Shown in pieces: positions 11,198 to 22,459 of a DNA stretch of 64,000 nt. Below the pieces are notes generated by a model. The model was not told the DNA's origin, searched no databases, and was given only the letters and a program-made list of their open reading frames with translations. Position 1 is the first letter of the stretch; the number at the start of each line of letters is the position of its first letter. The position numbers were made by a program, and so were the translations under genes. This DNA comes from Macrostomum hystrix. Its lineage: Eukaryota > Animalia > Platyhelminthes. Location of the stretch: the NCBI GenBank assembly GCA_950097015.1, contig CATNEN010000038.1, positions 15,872,001 through 15,936,000 of the forward strand, in the 5' to 3' direction.

Positions 11198-12424
11198 CTA
11201 GCTGCTACTATTATTCTGCATCCAATGGGGTCGACGTAGATTCAATAATGATTGTTCAGAGGTCGGTGACTTTATTGTCTTCGGCTGCAGCATGCGCTTC
11301 GGCATGTGCTTCGTGGCCTCCATCCAAGAGCCCGATAGACGAACCTCCTGCATGATGTCGAAGAATATATTCAAAGGCAGCGACTTGCAGGCCACAGTTC
11401 GAGGAAGGCGAAAGCTGCGAACGCCCTGCACTGCGGCCTTGGACTTGGTGACGCCGACGCAGTTGCCGGAGAGGTCGACAAGGCCACCAATGATGTAGAC
11501 CTTGGAGGGATCGTACTCCCGCATCTCCTGCTTCGCGTTCGGAGACATATAAATCAGATCCTTCGTAGGGAACAGACTCGTGTAGCAGTCTTCCGTGAAC
11601 GAGTAGGGCCAGCAGTCTTCGAATGAGCTGGGACAATCTGAAGTAATTAAGTCCTTTGCTTGATTCTTCAGCTGCCTGTTCAATACGTAGTATTGCTGCG
11701 TGTTGCGCTTAAGATTGCAAAAGTGTAATTGAAACGGTTCAGCGCACTCGCGATTGGATTGAAGGATGTCCTTTAGTTGACTAGCCAAGTCTGACAAGCT
11801 TTTATTGTTCATCGCCTTTTCAAATGACATGTCGAATACCAGTGACGGTGAAAATGGACACTCATGAATGAATCGAAGATCATAGAATGCTTTAAATTCG
11901 CTCCTTACTTTTTTCGTGTGAATATAATTCCAACAGGACTGCCCCTCCTCATCGTCTTGAGTGCTCGCCTGGTCCAGTTCAAGTTCGGCTTTCTTTTTTA
12001 ACTCGCTTGCGATTGAAAGCTGCTTGGTGGCTATGTAGTAAAGCCTCTTACTCAAAGTGCCCTTTGAGTTACAGGACAGCAACTGTAGCCAATCATAATT
12101 TGTGATCTTGTCTTTGTCTGGAACGCGCAACTTTCCAAGCGCCACCTGGATGTCAATCTGTTCGCTAATGTCCCGCATGCGCTTCTTATCAAAGTCGCTC
12201 AGATTAGCTAGCACATCATCTGGCGACTTGGTGTGGTCATTCAGGTAGACCAGATGCTCACGTCTGCCATTTGGATCTCTGCGAACCCAAGAATAGTCCA
12301 GGTTCAGTTCGTAATCGGCTAGAAACTTTTTGCGCCTCGAACCAGTGCTGCTTGCCAACTCGCGGCAGGTGAGCAGCCGCACTGGCGACTGCCATCGACA
12401 CAGGTATTTGTTGAGCAGGGACAA
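11198..12424 (-). CDS. TRMT10C: TRMT10C/MRPP1-like paralogue 4; starts at a splice acceptor
   Basis: Near-identical to paralogue 3 except for a central block and the C-terminal tail; TTTCAG|TTG acceptor at 12425. Confidence 0.88.
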   Translation of the reverse strand: MSLLNKYLCRWQSPVRLLTCRELASSTGSRRKKFLADYELNLDYSWVRRDPNGRREHLVYLNDHTKSPDDVLANLSDFDKKRMRDISEQIDIQVALGKLRVPDKDKITNYDWLQLLSCNSKGTLSKRLYYIATKQLSIASELKKKAELELDQASTQDDEEGQSCWNYIHTKKVRSEFKAFYDLRFIHECPFSPSLVFDMSFEKAMNNKSLSDLASQLKDILQSNRECAEPFQLHFCNLKRNTQQYYVLNRQLKNQAKDLITSDCPSSFEDCWPYSFTEDCYTSLFPTKDLIYMSPNAKQEMREYDPSKVYIIGGLVDLSGNCVGVTKSKAAVQGVRSFRLPRTVACKSLPLNIFFDIMQEVRLSGSWMEATKHMPKRMLQPKTIKSPTSEQSLLNLRRPHWMQNNSSS

Positions 12425-12571
12425 CTGAAATATAAAGCATGTGAGTTATTAAAGTTGTTAAAATGTTTGGATCATAAAGGATACGATTCTGACAATTCAA
12501 CAACCCCGCTTGTCACGTTGCCATTTTCATCAGTAATATTTATCATTAAATATAGTTCGTATATAAGTTAC

Positions 12572-12671
12572 CATACCTTGAGCTACTCTAGATCAAACCA
12601 GTGCAAGAAATCCACACCCAACATATGATTACATGTTTTCTAGCGGATGGAACACCTCCAGATAAGAAAAC
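12572..12671 (-). other. Candidate 5' exon ending in ATG|GTAACT, possible initiator Met for the TRMT10C copies
   Basis: TCTTGCAG acceptor at 12672; ATG (12574-12572) is immediately followed by a GT donor, in phase 0 with the acceptors at 12424, 10492 and 8654. Confidence 0.45.
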
Positions 12672-13748
12672 CTGCAAGACGGAATCTATCTACGAGTCGT
12701 ACGAGCGTAATTGGCTAGAATAACGTTTATAGACACTAATGAGTTGCGAAAGAGAAGATAAGAAAAGTCGTAACTTATGTTTGCTCAGACAATTTCAACA
12801 ACACATTATACTTCAACTTTAATTTGAATGCAGCAGTCACAAACTATAAATTAAATACTCGTAGCAATATAAATTGAGAACGGCAGTTTACACAGAAGAC
12901 ATCGTAAAGAAACTATAAAAGACGTAAAAAGACAATAAATAAAAATTCGCTGCTTAATCTAATTGGCTTTCAGTGTGAAATGTAAGCAAAAACTGACTAA
13001 AATCAATTACAATTGTACTGATACCAATGTGATTAAATGCGAAAATAATATAAAGCAACAAGATAGGTGCAAATTAATATGCTAACATGCAATTCATTTA
13101 GATGAGTAAATACTAAACAGGTTAAGCTAATTTAATTTACAATTCGAACGCCTAATGCAGCCTTTTGTGCACCGTAGCAAATAAACTTTAGAATGAAAAA
13201 TCCTGAAATGAAAATTCCGTTAGAATCCTAACAAAATAGAAGTTTCATTCGACATTAAACAGTGAAAAGATAAAAATGCGATTAAAATATATCAGACGCA
13301 ATGCAGAGGCGACAGCTTACAGAAATAAATACAGTTTTATCGTTCACATGTAAAGACAATAAAAAACGAAATATTCAATTTAGCTTTCTTTTATTTCATT
13401 TTTTCGTAAAAGTTACAGGCATTTAGCATATTGCTTAGAACTTCAGACATCCGTTTGGGAGGTCAGGAGTTCGAATCGTATCCCAAGGAAGACAATTTGT
13501 ATCCTCAAGCAACTGGGCACTACTGTAATTTCAATCTCTATTCTTTCATCTTATATTTGAATTTCCTAAAGATAAGATTCACATGCAGCTTAGCTTTATC
13601 AGAAACTATTAGCAAATAGATTTTTTTGCGTCAGATAAACTAGCAATAATATCTAACCGCGGTGCATCCACAACAATGTAACTCGTGCGTACCTTGATAG
13701 TTAGGTACGCCAATGAAAAAAAAATCGATATATTAATAGCGCAGTCAG

Positions 13749-16700
13749 TCAGTCGAACAGATAGCCTCTACAGTTGGCCGACTTGCATAGGCAACGCATT
13801 CTAGTTAGGCCGCTGTTGAGACTGGCGCCACCAAGGCTGCCGCTGATGCTCTCAGAGGTGTCATCGCCAGCTTGACCATCCGCTGCGGCACTTATCGCGC
13901 CTGTCATCTGGTAGTCGAATGTCAGCTCGGCTCCCTTCGGAATTGGCTCCTTGGCAAACAGAGCTAGCAAAGGCAGGTCTTTGTCAATGCACTGCGTGTA
14001 GACGCATCTGGTTACAAGGTTGGGATTGCACGAGTGATTTAAAAAGTGCGCCACATTGCCGAAATTGCGAGCGTCCACCGAATAGACGGCCTCGCCATCC
14101 AGGTCCAAGTCGAACAGATAGGTCTGGGCCTGCCTATCGTAGATCATGCCGCGGGTCTCGGCCTCCCGGCTAGTCACCACTTCGCCAACGTATTCAACAA
14201 CGAAGGAGCCGCGTGGTATGCGCTGAAGTGTGCGCACACCCCAGCCCCGGTTCGGTGTCCGATAGATGGCCAAGCCGAATTTGCGGCCCTGCTGAACTAC
14301 ACGGAACGGACAGTCTGGACCGCATTTGCACAGAGAGTTACACTCGTGAATCGGATAATTGGCGTGAACATCCGGCAAGCGACCCTGCCTGGTAAGATGG
14401 TTTTTGTTTAGTTATATTAAACACGGGGCTTCGGCTTTGTCTCTAAATGGGTTGTAGCCTTGTCGATAGAACATGGGAAACACGACTTGAAGGTCAGGAG
14501 TTCGATTCACGACTCCATTGGAACAATGTGTTATTTAGCAAGCCACTGTTTAACTATAAAGCGCCAGCATCAGATGGAGTAGTTTTTGGTGGGTAAATTG
14601 GTGTGGCGCCCACCAGTCCATGGACTGAAAAGCAGTGCGTAGCATTTAAATGCTCCACTCAATAGCTGTGGTTGTGCTATCGGCTGCCCATCCGACCCAA
14701 GGGGGTCAGGTGTAATGAATTATAGCTACAATTTAATTTGTGTCAAACAACTAATAAAAAGCATTCTCGTGAAGTCAAGATAACAAGACAAAGCCACGTC
14801 TGTGGACAAGGCTGCAATTGTGCGATAATCTTCTGAATCCTAATCTTAATTCGTGAGCTCTTAAGTGGTCAGAGCTTTCGACATCGAACAATGAGGACTG
14901 GAACAAAACTTTTGACACAAAACTTTCTAGCTGTAAAATCCCCCAAAGTTATAAATTTTTTAAATACTGTTTCGACCTCTAGCCCGACTGTGTTTAGGCG
15001 CGATATCTGTTTTTATACTGTGAATTCGAAGTTGAATTATCTAAAAATCTAAAAAACGCAATTATACCGCAATTGAATAAAACAGACACAGTAAACCATA
15101 AAATCTTTTTTATATATGAGTAGCTAATGAACAATAGGAAACAATGCACAATAGCATCTTTAAGCAACAACTGGGAGTGCGACTAGCAATCAACTAACCT
15201 GGTGTAGGGCACGTGCTTATCATTGTGAATGTGATAAGTCACACACGAGTGCCGCTCTTCGTAGCAGTCTGTGCAGCTGCACCCGAACACCGGGTCATTA
15301 GGAATGGACACTTCTGGGCCAGGCACGCGCTCAGTGACAAACGTGAAGGCCAACGGCGGGCCCTCCAAATCGATCTTATTCTCAACTACAATTCGCGCCT
15401 GAGGCTCTTTCTCATTTAGCATCGCCTCCCAGGCTTTTAGCTCGGCTTGTACTTTTACCGCCCGACTGCGCTTCGAAGTGCCAATCATGCGGCTCTCGCT
15501 AGGCAGCTTGCGCCTATTGCCGAAGCTTTGCAACACGCGCTTAGAAAGCGTCTCAGCCAGCACGGCCTCGAAACGCTCAGGCGTTAGGCCGTCAAAGTTG
15601 ATGCAATCAAGCAGCTGGATAACCCTGGCCTTGCTGCGCTCAGCAGACTCGGCCGAGTCGGAGGAATCCGACGGACTGCTGCGCTTCCTACTTTTATTAC
15701 TGATAAAGTTCTTGTACTCGGCTAGCAACTTGCGACAATTAGAGAGATCTGTCTCCGGCTCCCAGGTGCAACACTCCATTGGCCAGCCGCGCCACTTTAT
15801 TAAATAGTACATCTTCTGCTCGGCTTTATCCCAGTCGTGATCCTCGATGCTTTCAACCTCGTACTCGGCGTCATCGTATGTCACCAGCGACTGGTTGATT
15901 ACTAAGAGAGAAATAAAGGAAACGGTGATTGTTAGCGTTTAAATGTATTCATTGTATTGTATAAAAAGTACATTGCATACTAAACAGGTCATGTGACAGG
16001 TCATAGATTGTCAACATTTAAACAGGGCCAATTAAAAAAATTATTTTATAATATAACTTATGATGCCAGAAAATATATCAAACTTTTTATACTTCTTTGT
16101 TGATATTAGTTTTAGGAATAAGGCTATATTTTTATCTTACATTACTAGGCTCCAGAGTTTTTTATAATATACCATTAATTACCCATGCTTAATTATATAT
16201 TATAATAAGCACCATTAGGCGCCCGAGGATTTTTCATTGACGCCCGCAAAGCTTGGGTATCAATTTTTTTGTACCATAGACGTTTTTGCCCAAGCTATAC
16301 TTTCAGAGTCAGACGGGGTGTGGGGGCTAAGCCCCCACTTCGTGGTGTGGGGGTGAAGCCCCACCCACTACCATAGACTATTTTACTAGAAAGTTAAATT
16401 GTACACTGAGCCTTGTTTCTCTCTCCTTTCCACCACTCAGCGAACCTTTATTCTATCTACAGTATCTCTCTCTCATTTCTTTCTCTCTCTCTTGGTGCGT
16501 GATAAGCTATGCCATAGACTACAACTACACGAAGTCTGAACAAGTTGAGGAGGGAGGGAAAGGAAAACTAAGGCTAGCTCAGAAATTTCTTTCCTTCAAA
16601 CTTCCACTGAAGCATGATCAACTATGACGGAATAGTGGAATGCGAGATTGTGGGCTTGTCCACTGATGAATTGCGCTTCGTCACTGATGAATCGGTCAAC

Positions 16701-19682
16701 TGCTCTGGAGATACTGTGATATCTCAATTCACTGGACTCGTGACTCTCGACGCAAGCTTCGTCGAGCAGTCTATGCTGGGATTGTCAGATTATCCGGAGT
16801 TAAGAGAGAGCGACATACAAGAGATTTCGAAATTGGAGAATGATTGCACTGTGCGATCTACTGAGAAGCAGACCAGGATCTACTCTGAGAAGGTGAAGGC
16901 TTTTCTAGCTGAGCGAGGTTTGTCAACTGACCTCGAGAGCATGCCGCCAAGATATGTGTGTCACTATCTCCGTTTGTTTTTCTCTACTCTCAAGAAGCCC
17001 AATGGCACTGCTTACAGTTGTAGCACACTTCTGTGCATAAGGGCTGCAATTCATTGTTTCCTACTGGAAAAGTGAGGTATGCCATTGGAAATCATTGGAA
17101 ATCAATATTCATTGGAAATCCAGATTTTTTTGAGCTGGATAAGACCTTCAAAGCTGCCATAACATACTCACTGAAGCAACCAATGTCTGTTGTTGACAGT
17201 GAGGCTGGATATCCGGCAATAGACAGTGAGGACATGTCTAAGCTGCACACATACTTCACCAGAGCAGATCCAAAGAGGCTCCAGTATGAGGTGCTGTTTC
17301 TCATCGTGGTCCACTTTGGATTTAGAGGTCAGGAGTGGACCCCAGCTTTGATGAAAAATGATGTTATAGTCATACATGCACAACACCTGGCCGACCCGGC
17401 CGAACCGGCCAGGTGAAACGAGGGCCAAGCAAGGTAAGTCGCAAAAACCAATCAACCAAGCACAAAAAAAATCAAAGGGGGACCAAGGGACAAAAAAGGA
17501 AGGCGTGAAGAAGAGGAAAAAGGGGAGAGAAAATTAGAGCAAATGAGAGCAAACTAAGTCGTAAATAGAGCAATGAAACGAACTAAGTCACAACTGCATG
17601 AGAGCAAACTAAGTTGTAAATAGAGCAAAAACTAAGTCGCACAGCCGGCTAAGATTTGGGAGGTTGCACATGTATGGTTATAGTAAAGCGACGAGACAGA
17701 CATGTTGAATATTTCAATTTAGTGAAGGAGAAGGAGAAGAATGTTTCCGCCAAGAGTGCCAGCACCAGGAAGGAAATTGGTATCTTTCTGGTGAGCAATA
17801 AGGCTATATGCCCCATTGAGGCATTCACTCTCTACATACATGCGCAACACCCGGCTGACCCAGCCGAACCGGCCAGGTGAAACAAGGGCCAAGCAAGGTA
17901 AGTCGCAAAAACCAATCGACCAAGCGCAAAAAAATCAAAGGGGGGACCAAGGGACAAAAAAGGAAGGCGTGAAGAAAAGGAAAAATGAGAGAAAAAGAGA
18001 GCAAATGAGAGCAAACTAAGTCGTAAATAGAGCAATGAAACGAACTAAGTCGCACATGAGAGCAAAAACTAAGTTGCACAGCTGGCTAAGATTTTGTTTT
18101 TGGGAGGTTGCGCATGTATGACTCTCTACCTAGAGAAGCTTCCTAGTGACAACCCCAACCTGTTCCCAAGACCAAGGGCCAACTGAGGGCCAACTGGACG
18201 GGCGGCAACTGGTTCTGCAAGGAGGTCTTGGGTAAGAACACGCTTGCAGGATTTATGAAGGTTCTCTCCCAGGAATCTGGTCTTGGTCAATCATACACAA
18301 ATCATTGCATTTGTGCGACTACAATCACTACTCTGTCGGAGCAAGGTTTCAGTGCGGAACAAATTCAGGTCGTCTCAGGGCACAAGAGACTGGAGAATGT
18401 GATCCGATACACCAAGCAAGTGTCAATGGATCAAAAGTGTCTACTGTCAACATCCATGACTTCTGGCTTGCACAGAAGCACCAGCATACTAGAAGAGACA
18501 ACTCCCGCTAAGCAAATCACTGCAGAGCAGGATAAGACATTGCAGGCTAGTGACATAGCAGCCAGAGAACCCACAATTGTCCTAGAGAAAAACGGGTAAA
18601 GTGTTCTATCTACTTGTAACGTGCTTTGAGCCATGACTGCGACATTGACAGCTTTGATTTACCAATTGTTTTTTACCAATTTACCATAGTACTGAAAGTA
18701 ACCAAAAGTTTGTAATTGTTATCATTGAATGCCTATATGTCTATCATTGTTTAACTCTGCTTTACAATGCACTGTTGTTTCATGATTTCTGTCTGGAAAA
18801 ATCAGGCAGATAATTACATTATTCACCCGCAATTTGTCGGCAGTTAATGATGTTTGCACCATAGAGTTGACTTTGACATATATTTATTGACAGCGGGTTT
18901 TAATGTAGTCTATGGTTAATTAGGCAGGATTAAGTGCCTAGAGGGCAAAAAGGTCATAGTACAATATATATTATCTAAATAAGGTTTAAACTATTTTTAT
19001 TGCTCAGCTTAAAGTATTTTGAACTTTACTGTTTGTACTACCAATATATGATTGCTCTCAGCCAATTGCCATGCTATAAAATAGTCACAGTAGTTATATC
19101 TGCATAGTATGGATATAAATTGCCTTTATAAAAAAAGCTAGGCTTAACTATCTGCAAATCTTCAAATTGCATCTAGTATATATTTCAGCCTTTAAAGTGA
19201 TGCAAATTGAGTACAATTCTAATGCTTAAATATACAATGCTTAAGTTTGGTGAAATAAAATGACATGCTTATTGCATAAATCAAATCAAAATTTGGAATC
19301 AAAAGGCTAACATTTTTAATAGAAACCAACCCAAGTATTAATAAATGTAACATAATTTACCACAAACTGCAGTTATAAAAACTATAAAAAGCTATAAACA
19401 AGGCTAGCTGTTAAAAATGCTAATTTTCTCTAGTAGGCCCTATAATCTGAAGTAGGCCTATAACTTAGTAAGCACTGTTGACAATATAAAAACAATTAAG
19501 TACTTACAATTCGAAAGAACATGAAGGGCCTGGTTGGATGTTAGTTTTTGGAGATGAAGTGCGACAAACTGTACCACATCATCACTTGCATATCTAAGTT
19601 TGTTAGAATTAAGAACACTTAAAATTGACGTTGGAGGAATGTTAAAAATTTTCACAGATGATGGGAAGATTTTGATGCTCAT
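13749..19682 (-). CDS. SUV39H1: SUV39H/Su(var)3-9 H3K9 methyltransferase; exons 19682-19508 (inferred), 15901-15199, 14388-13749
   Basis: Chromodomain (YEVE..YLIKWRGW...TWEP), pre-SET Cys cluster, SET (RGWGV, YLFDLD, FLNHSCNPN, ELTFDY), post-SET CLCKSANCRGYL. The first exon is joined only by phase-1 compatibility. Confidence 0.92.
14448..14545 (+). mobile_element. tRNA-derived SINE (family A), degenerate
   Basis: GGGTTGTAGCCT...GACTTGAAGGTCAGGAGTTCGATTC head shared with 33895-34015 and 46828-46905. Confidence 0.65.
17371..17676 (+). mobile_element. MITE with 14-bp TIR and 8-bp TSD (hAT- or P-like)
   Basis: TIR CATACATGCACAAC / GTTGCACATGTATG; TSD GTTATAGT at 17363-17370 and 17677-17684. Confidence 0.92.
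17835..18120 (+). mobile_element. Second copy of the same MITE
   Basis: Perfect TIR CATACATGCGCAAC; TSD ACTCTCTA at 17827-17834 and 18121-18128. Confidence 0.92.
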
Positions 19683-22459
19683 GACACCAATAGCATGTGT
19701 GGTAATTTGGGAATGGGGTAGGAGTAGGACTAATGAAAACGAAAATAATAGTTCACTTTTTAAGCTTGCTACAGGGCAAATTGCGAATAAACAACTAGAT
19801 GGCTAGGCTAGTGAATAGTCAAAAGCGATCGCCGATCGAAAGTAAAAGTGATCCTACACTGACCTTAGGGTTTGCTATATTTGAGCTAGGCCCCTAGTAG
19901 TCTCATAACCATCACCATGAGATAGGACCCAATATATTTATAATAACCACTACTCTTAGAAGGTCGTCGGGTAACCCAGCACACTTGCTGAATAATGGGT
20001 TGAGATGTGATTACGGATTTTCGGTGTGCTAGTCGTCGACATCGACGGCCGCGTGGGTGGGTTCCTCCAATTTTAAATAAATGTAAGTGTTTAAAACAAC
20101 ATGAATTCGTAGCCAGCTGTTATTCGAGGATAAAATAGCATTTAATATATAAAAGTAATATATATATTTAAGATATAAATATGATATAAAATACCCTGTA
20201 TTTTTAACGTGCAAGGCCTAGGCCCTATACAAATCTTAAACTCGGCCCGTAGACGCATTTGGGTTAAAGGTTATAGTATTACAATTTTATGATAATATTA
20301 GTAGTAATAATAGTAGCATGCCTTGACACACTCCCTCGATATAATTTCGAATATACAGCCCACCCCAGCGTAGAGGCAATGATGCTAAAGAGAAAAATGA
20401 CGCTCCAATGCAGGGGATACCCGACGACAGAAATTGGTATTATGACACCAAAATATATACAACACTAAAACACTCAACTATGACACAATAAAGCATTCTT
20501 TTTAGTCTACTGCAAGTAGAAATGATTGTCTGTCTTTCCACAGTTCCAAACGAAAGTTTACTTAAAATTCTTAAGTTATCAAAATAAAACAAAATTAAAG
20601 AAAATTATAATTGCTATATCTTCATCAAGTTTCTCTTTTTGAGAATATTTTCTAGAGCATTCCGTATTAGCAGCAAGAAACTGCTGTAAAAGCAGGCCGC
20701 ATGCGTCATCTGTGCAACTGTGTATATCTGCCCCATCTATCAGTGTCATTTCTGAGTCTACTATTTGATTCCATATATGTGTAATAGGCTAGTTTAAATC
20801 CGCGCTAAAAATATGCTGCGCGTATACCAATAATATTTGACCTATTTAGGTTTGTTTAAATTGCGTAAATATACTGAGTATATACCCAGCATAGTAGGAA
20901 ATGTTACTATAAATATGGACCGAATTCACTATAGGAACCGTTTGGTCTGCCATTAAATTGGAGCTTTAACAGTTCAGTCTCTTTGTGAGCATACTCAAAA
21001 GCCTTACTTATTACTAAGTGAGTGGAAACCGTTAAAACCGATCCGGGAAAAGCCCGAGTACAGACTGGCCAGAGAGCCCGAAATATCTGACTGAATTGTC
21101 TGAAACACCTGAGAGTAGTGTCTCCAGAAATACCTAGATTTAGTATCTAGAAACATTACTGGCAGAAGGCCAGGTCTATCGTGTTGAAAGCCACGCTACC
21201 CAAACTATCAGTAGTTTGAATCAATCCACCCAACCAGGGGTGCGGTATAATGATTGTATAGGTCACTTTAAGTGACTGAAAACAATAAATAAGGAGGTTA
21301 AGCCAACCACTTGTATTATGCATTACTAATAGAGGAAGTTAAATTACTAGTATAGGGAAGTGCAATTAAAAAGAAGCACTACAACATATGGAAGGCGACC
21401 AATTATGATGCTTATGAGTATCGAATTGTGAGCGATACGCTCGTAAATTTTATTAGTTGCAATTTTTTGTTTGGTGGTATTGCGTAATTTTTATATTGTG
21501 ACGAAACAAACTTTTCCTTCAATAGAAATATTTGTGTGACGGAGCCGTGATGCATGGTTGTTTTTTGAGTTTTGAGATTCGAGTTTTGGTATTTTTTGAC
21601 AGTGTCTTGAGTTGAGTATAAATAGATAAGAGTTCGCGATTTTTTCAAATTTTCGCACCAAGTACGTATTTTGAATATGGCCGAGTTTGCGCAACTTGAA
21701 CACTCAAATAGACTCGAGTTTTTAGAGGTGGTAAATGATAGAAGGTGACACCTATGTGAGGAGCATATCTGCTTCACATAATTTCTGATTGCGCAATTTT
21801 CAATCGGAGGCAAAGCAGTGCCGAATTCTAATCTGAAAAGTGCCGTCCACTATACTAAAAATGAAATGGTTGGTTGGTTGGTTGGTTGCTTGCTTGTAAT
21901 TGATTTTCTCCCGAACGGCTCAACCGATTTTCACCATTTCTTCACCAAAAGATGCCAAATATGGGGACAATTTTACACGTATTTTTATTAAGCTGAACTT
22001 TATTGCTAAGAGGATTAAATATTCGAAAAACATGATTTTTTCAAAGGTCAAACCATCTTAGACTATTGAGAATTTCACTCACTGCCACTGAATTAGAATT
22101 GCATCGTCAAATTGCGCAACAACCCCTAGCTGATTGAATTTGAAGCCTGCACTCTGGAGACCAATTGGAAATAAATGTACACAACCAACCGCGAGACTGA
22201 GTGTACTCTATTTTCTTACTTCATTGTACAAAGCCAGAACTTTGAAAATTCATTTTATAAGGCTGATTTTTGCACCCACTAACCAACAGTCGGAATAGCC
22301 GATGTGTAGGCACTAGGAATAGGTTAGGCTAGGCTATAGGGTTCGATTCTGCACTGCGTCAAATCATTTAGACTAATTGTCAGGCAGTAGTGAGTGAATA
22401 TTATTTTGATTTATTTTTTTCATTTCGTAAATAAAATATCATAAATCATAGCAAATCTA

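Larger units (their letters stand above)
16614..18599 (+). pseudogene. Crypton tyrosine recombinase (ZMYM/KCTD1/QRICH1-related DUF3504 type), disrupted
   Basis: LRLFF..LKKPNG..YS.STL..IRAAI, HFGFRGQE, CPI..F.LY, WF....LGKNTL, YTNH.I.AT, VSGHK...V.RY. Broken by two MITEs and frameshifts. Confidence 0.85.
16165..18916 (+). mobile_element. Crypton-type tyrosine-recombinase DNA transposon (decayed) in SUV39H intron 1; boundaries approximate
   Basis: Contains a DUF3504/Crypton-like coding region; termini share sequence with the 4540-5400 element. Confidence 0.75.

Noticed and set aside
22290-22360. tRNA gene inside the Helitron (GGTTCGATTC B-box)
   Set aside because: No cloverleaf; at most a captured SINE or tRNA fragment, repeated at about 26445-26515.
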